Below, one piece after another: positions 59,880 to 64,000 of a stretch of DNA of 64,000 bases. The notes below the pieces were generated by a model. The model had not been told where the DNA came from, made no database searches, and saw only the letters and a program-made list of their open reading frames with translations. A program made the position numbers and the translations under genes. This DNA comes from Amoebophrya sp. A120 (lineage: Eukaryota; Protista; Dinoflagellata): positions 2,163,503 through 2,227,502 of the forward strand of contig CAJINV010000011.1 in the NCBI GenBank assembly GCA_905178155.1, given 5' to 3'. Position 1 is the stretch's first letter. Each line of letters begins with the position of its first letter.

Positions 59880-62330
59880 AATGCCGCTGTCACGGCTGTG
59901 GGCCCTCAGGAGGCGCGCTCGCAGCCCCAGCTGTTGCGCCGCGCGCCGCAAGCGTTATGTATTGCTGGCTACATTGGGCGCCGCGGTCATCGGCATGTTG
60001 GAATAAGGAAGACTGTGCTTCTTGTGAGTTTTTTGCTTTTTCGTATCTTTACGTTTCTTGTTTGGCTAGATTCGAGGTCCGTCGAGGATCACAAAAAAGG
60101 AGCGGTTTTATGTGAGGAGTACAAAACGGAGCAGATAAAGCTGAAATCGAGCAGAGAGAGAAATCTACAAGCTGAAGTAACGTTCTGGGCTCCTCGTTAC
60201 GTGCTGCAAGCGGCTACGCTAAGAGCATTACTCGGGAATAAAGGCTTCATTCTCGACACCCGCCCTCGTATTCGGTTTTACTTTCTTCATCGAAATTAGT
60301 AAAACTCAATTTGGCTCTTGCACTCGAGCGCACTGCCCCGAGTCATAATGTCGCACCTTCCCGATGCCGGCCTTAATGTCTCACGGTCACGAGGACGCTG
60401 GCGCGTTTACATCTCAGATTCTGGAGCTATGGCTTCAGTTTCCTCGCCCGCTCAAGGACATGGCCGAGCAGCTAGAGAGAAGGCGGGCGCGGCCCTAGCG
60501 GCCGCGCTTTCCGCTGAAAACAGGGCCAGGCCGAGCTGGCGCCGGTCGCGCGGGTCGACCCGCGCAAAACGTACGGGGCCGGCGCCTGTTTTCCCGGCCC
60601 GTATCTGGCCAGCCTGCCCCGCCGCTCTTCGAATGGCGCGCGGGAGGGCCCCGCGCTCCACCGTCTGCCCGGGGGCTCGGGCACACCAGGAAGTCCCACA
60701 GCGTGCAAGCGCTTGCCGCAATTCTCGGGCAGATGGTCTCGTCGGCGGCGCAGCGTGAAGCGCCTTCCGCACTCCCACCGGGGAGACGTCGGCGCTGCGG
60801 CTGCGCGCTCTATTTACCGAGGCACGCGACAGCCCCAGCTGTTCTGCCGCGCGTGGGGAGCGTTATATGCGCCGCGGACGAGTCCTGCTCGAACTTCAGT
60901 TAGTGTTAGCAAAGAAAGGCGTTGGCGAGTGCCGAACTACCTCGCTGTTGCGTGTTCGTATTCTTTCGAGTTTAATAGGAATAGCAGAGCAGGCCGCAGA
61001 GTTCGAGTAGAAAAGAGAGTAAGTGCTGTAGGTGAGACTTGCAAAGCGGAGTCATGGCAGAAAGCGAGTGGAGAAAGAAATCTGCAGCTGAGTATAGCTT
61101 TAGGCTCCTGAGAAAGACTTTTGTTTTTGTTTACTTGCTGTTACTAGCTGTTGCTTGTATGAACGGGTGGCGCTGCCGCGTCGCCCGGTTCCAAGTTTCC
61201 CACTCAGCGATGCTACGTCGTCGCGCGGGACGGGGCTGCAGGCGCTTTTCGAGTCCTATAAGCAGCAGGGCTCGTCGTGTAGCAGCAGGCCGGTCGGCGC
61301 AGCGAGCCCGGGATCGGCATCCAGCTCAAGTGCCCCACCGAGCGCAATGAATGCAGCCGGCTACGGGTTCCGAAGGGCGTCAGGCGTCAGCATTGAAGGA
61401 CGCCGCGCCGGCGTCGGTGGCTGGCTGGGCGCGACCCACGCAAAACGGGGCCGGCGCCCGTTTGCCTGGCCCTTATTTATCTGGCCGAGCCGGCCCCGCT
61501 GCTGTCCGATTAGCGGGAGAGCCCAGCGCGCCACCGTGCGCCGCGCGCCCGAGTCCGTAGGCGCGCACGTTAGGAAGCCCCGCAGCGTGCAAGCGCCTGC
61601 CGCAGCTCTGGGGCAGATCGCCCCAGAGGCACAGTGTTAAGCGTCTTACGCACCCCTACCCGGGAGAGATCGCCACTGCGGCTGCGCGCCCGCTCTGTTT
61701 AAGGAGGCGCGCGGCAGTCGCAGCTGTTGTGCCGCACGCCCGGAGCGTTCGTTCCTTCCATATTTGCGCCGCGGGTGGGGAGTCGCGCCAGAGCTCAATT
61801 ACAGAAGAGTTTCGGTGAGGGCCGATCTGTCTTGCTGTTGCTTGTTGGCATCCGTTCGAGTAGTTTAATATCAGACCAAGGTCGACGAGCTTGGGCAGAG
61901 CGTGACTGAGACTGAGTATATATGAGAGTTGCAAACGAAAGTTATCTACTCAAGCTTCGTTTTTTGAATTTAGATCGCAAGATATGAGAATTGTGGAGCG
62001 GAGACGGAGTCAGTGTCAGGGAAGAAAGCGAGCAGTGAGACGAGAAGTCTACAGCTGAGTTTTGCTGTAGACTCCCGAGAACTGGCTGCTTGTAACTTTA
62101 GTTTTCCGCTATTTTGCTGGTTATAGCAGCAGAACAAGCGGGTTGGATTTATCACGTCGCTGCCGCTACTGTAGGCCTCCTGCTGCTCCATGACGTCGTG
62201 GAAGGCGCGAGCTCCTGCTTTACCGGTTTGCAGAGCCGCACCGCTCCACCTACGCAACGTCGCGAGGCCGATATCGTTAACGCGGCGGAAGGTTGCGGAG
62301 CCGAAGCCCGAACCCGAGGAGACGCGGCGA
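59880..62330. repeat. Degenerate tandem array of about 0.9-kb GC-rich units (roughly 2.5 copies)
   Basis: CAG.C.CAGCTGTT recurs near 59922, 60830 and 61715; CAGCGTGCAAGCGC near 60699 and 61583; GAA.TCT.CA(A)GCTGA near 60160, 61078 and 62045. Confidence 0.75.
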
Positions 62331-63331
62331 CCCTGAAACGCGAGAACAAAGCGCGCGGGGGCTCTCGGAGATATCGCGGTATGACAGGCTACTATGCCGA
62401 ACTTCGGCGCAATAAATCCGGGCCTTCGGCGTGATCAACCCGGGCGCAGCCTGTCGCGGCCCCTTGCCAGCCTTGCTGCTTGTCTGACCCCTCCCAGCTT
62501 CGCCGCTGTTTGAGCTTCGCCCCCGACGCCCGCGAGCACGGTGCGGGCGGGGGTTGTCCGTTGGCCCGAGCGCTGCGCTGCCGCCAATTACCTCGGCGGG
62601 CGCGCCGCGGCCCGCGTGGGCGTTGGGCGCGCCCGCGCTCCGCGGCGGCGCGTTTTGATTTCGACACAGAATCGCCCCCATGCCCATTGGGCGGCACGCC
62701 GTTCCCGCACCAGGGGGGGGCGCAGTTTGCGCGCCCCGATGCAGCGCGCAGCCACAGTGGCGGTGCCGCGCGCCAAGGACATCAGTCGCGTTCGCCGCGA
62801 GCGATTCTTGCTTACTAACCTAAGGTAAGCGTCGAACGTGCTTCGCGGATGTCCGTGTCTCGTATCGATAAAGAATAAGAGGCCGTGGGCTCTTGCTTCG
62901 TCAAAGTTGAGTGATGGTCGCGAGTGTGTCTTCGCACTGACAGGCCCGAAGCGTATTGAGAAGGACTTGTTCGTTGCTCGTTTCGTTGTTTCGTTTTACC
63001 GACGCTTCAGCAGCTCCGTTTTTCTTTGGGTTTTCCAAACAATGAAGTATGTTTATTTATCATCCAGAACCAGAAGTAGCTGAGCGTTTTTGGTTTGCTA
63101 CATTTCGTGTTTGCTTCAGGCCTCAGGGGCGGAAGGTAAGCAAGTAGAAGCAGCAAAATGTCGCTCAGATCAGAGAACAAAAAGACTAGAATTGGAGAGA
63201 CGCGTACGCACCAAAAACCGCACCTGTCAGGGATGTTGGAGTTGGCAGACGTAGAACATTCAATAGACGACAAAAGTAATGGTTGAGTTGGAAACTTAGA
63301 CTTACTAAAATAAGTGAATTTTTACAATATC

Positions 63332-64000
63332 ATGCCGGGATTCTTCGGTATCTTCGGGGTCGCCTCGTCCGCCTCTCCTGATAGTGGAGAGCCAGCAACC
63401 ACCGAAACGCCGAGCTTTTCCAACGTTCTTCGCGAAAGGCAGAACGCTCTTCGCGAAAGGCAGCAGCGGCGGCTCACGAAAATCAAAGGGATGAAGGAAG
63501 AGGACGCATTCCAGTCGTTTGTCTCATCCTTGCGCCGAGCAAAAGCTCTCGGAGTCGATCTGGATGACTTTGGCGCATTTGCTCTCCAAGATGTCTATAC
63601 CGAGGCTGATGTACTGCAGCCGTTTGCTTATTTACTTCTTCATTTTGCCGGCTGAAATGCTGTAATTTTTTATAGTTCATTGTTACTAGTCATGTTTGAA
63701 ATTTAGCGCAACGCAAGATCCACACATATCTTCAGGTCCGGCCGGTGTGGGAAGGGCTTTCGGCGGAGGAAAAGCTGAGCGTCACACTGAATCTTGCGGA
63801 CGGCCTGTTAATCAACGCTCAGGCGCGCGCGCATTTCATGGCCGCCGTCAGTGCCGCGCGGACGAGGAGTGCTAATTCATCCCGCACTTTTGATGGCACC
63901 ACCTTGCCGGACTACTCCTCCACCAATCCGCGGCCGGCCGGCCGCACCAGCACGGGAGAGAGTCAAAACCCCGCGTCTTCGCCGCCGCCACCGAGCGGTA
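63332..64000 (+). CDS. 5' part of a hypothetical protein running off the window
   Basis: ORF from ATG 63332, putative GT-AG intron about 63593-63735, then open frame VRPVWEGLS... to the window end. Confidence 0.45.

Noticed and set aside
60305-60322. Relic dinoflagellate spliced leader (ATTTGGCTC)
   Set aside because: Only a short partial match to CCGTAGCCATTTTGGCTCAAG; expected by chance.
60318-62828. Arg/Ala/Gly/Pro-rich ORFs as genes, or the GC-rich region as rRNA
   Set aside because: Overlapping ORFs in all frames, repeat copies differ by frameshifting indels, and no conserved rRNA motifs were seen.
1-64000. Autonomous transposase, reverse transcriptase or recombinase that could mobilise the elements
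   Set aside because: No such motifs recognised; the DEDDh protein is a DnaQ-type exonuclease and is not bounded by TIRs.

Overview
Eukaryotic nuclear DNA, most consistent with a parasitic dinoflagellate (Syndiniales, Amoebophrya-like); this is inferred from gene architecture, not from a search. About 12 protein-coding genes all lie on the + strand. They include an FtsH/AFG3-type m-AAA protease 3' end, a CTFxP-repeat protein, a bacterial-like DEDDh 3'-5' exonuclease, a two-domain EF-hand-like protein, a possible degenerate TRF4/Cid1-like nucleotidyltransferase, a flavin-reductase-like NAD(P)-binding protein and an intronless RAP-domain helical-repeat protein. The dominant feature is 36 MITE-like introner elements of about 160-390 bp in at least 9 terminal-inverted-repeat (TIR) families. 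Nearly all begin TAT, end ATA and are flanked by a 5-bp direct repeat (DR). 35 sit in coding exons, and removing the element plus one DR copy restores the reading frame in every case traced by hand. None can be slid to GT-AG boundaries, they occur in both orientations, and unrelated families share an internal GCAT(G/C/T)A(C/G)AAA motif. Ordinary GT-AG introns coexist with them. The many short ORFs containing KMSGSG, PDPDIF or FQTQTF are translation artefacts of these elements. All coordinates and frames were traced by eye.
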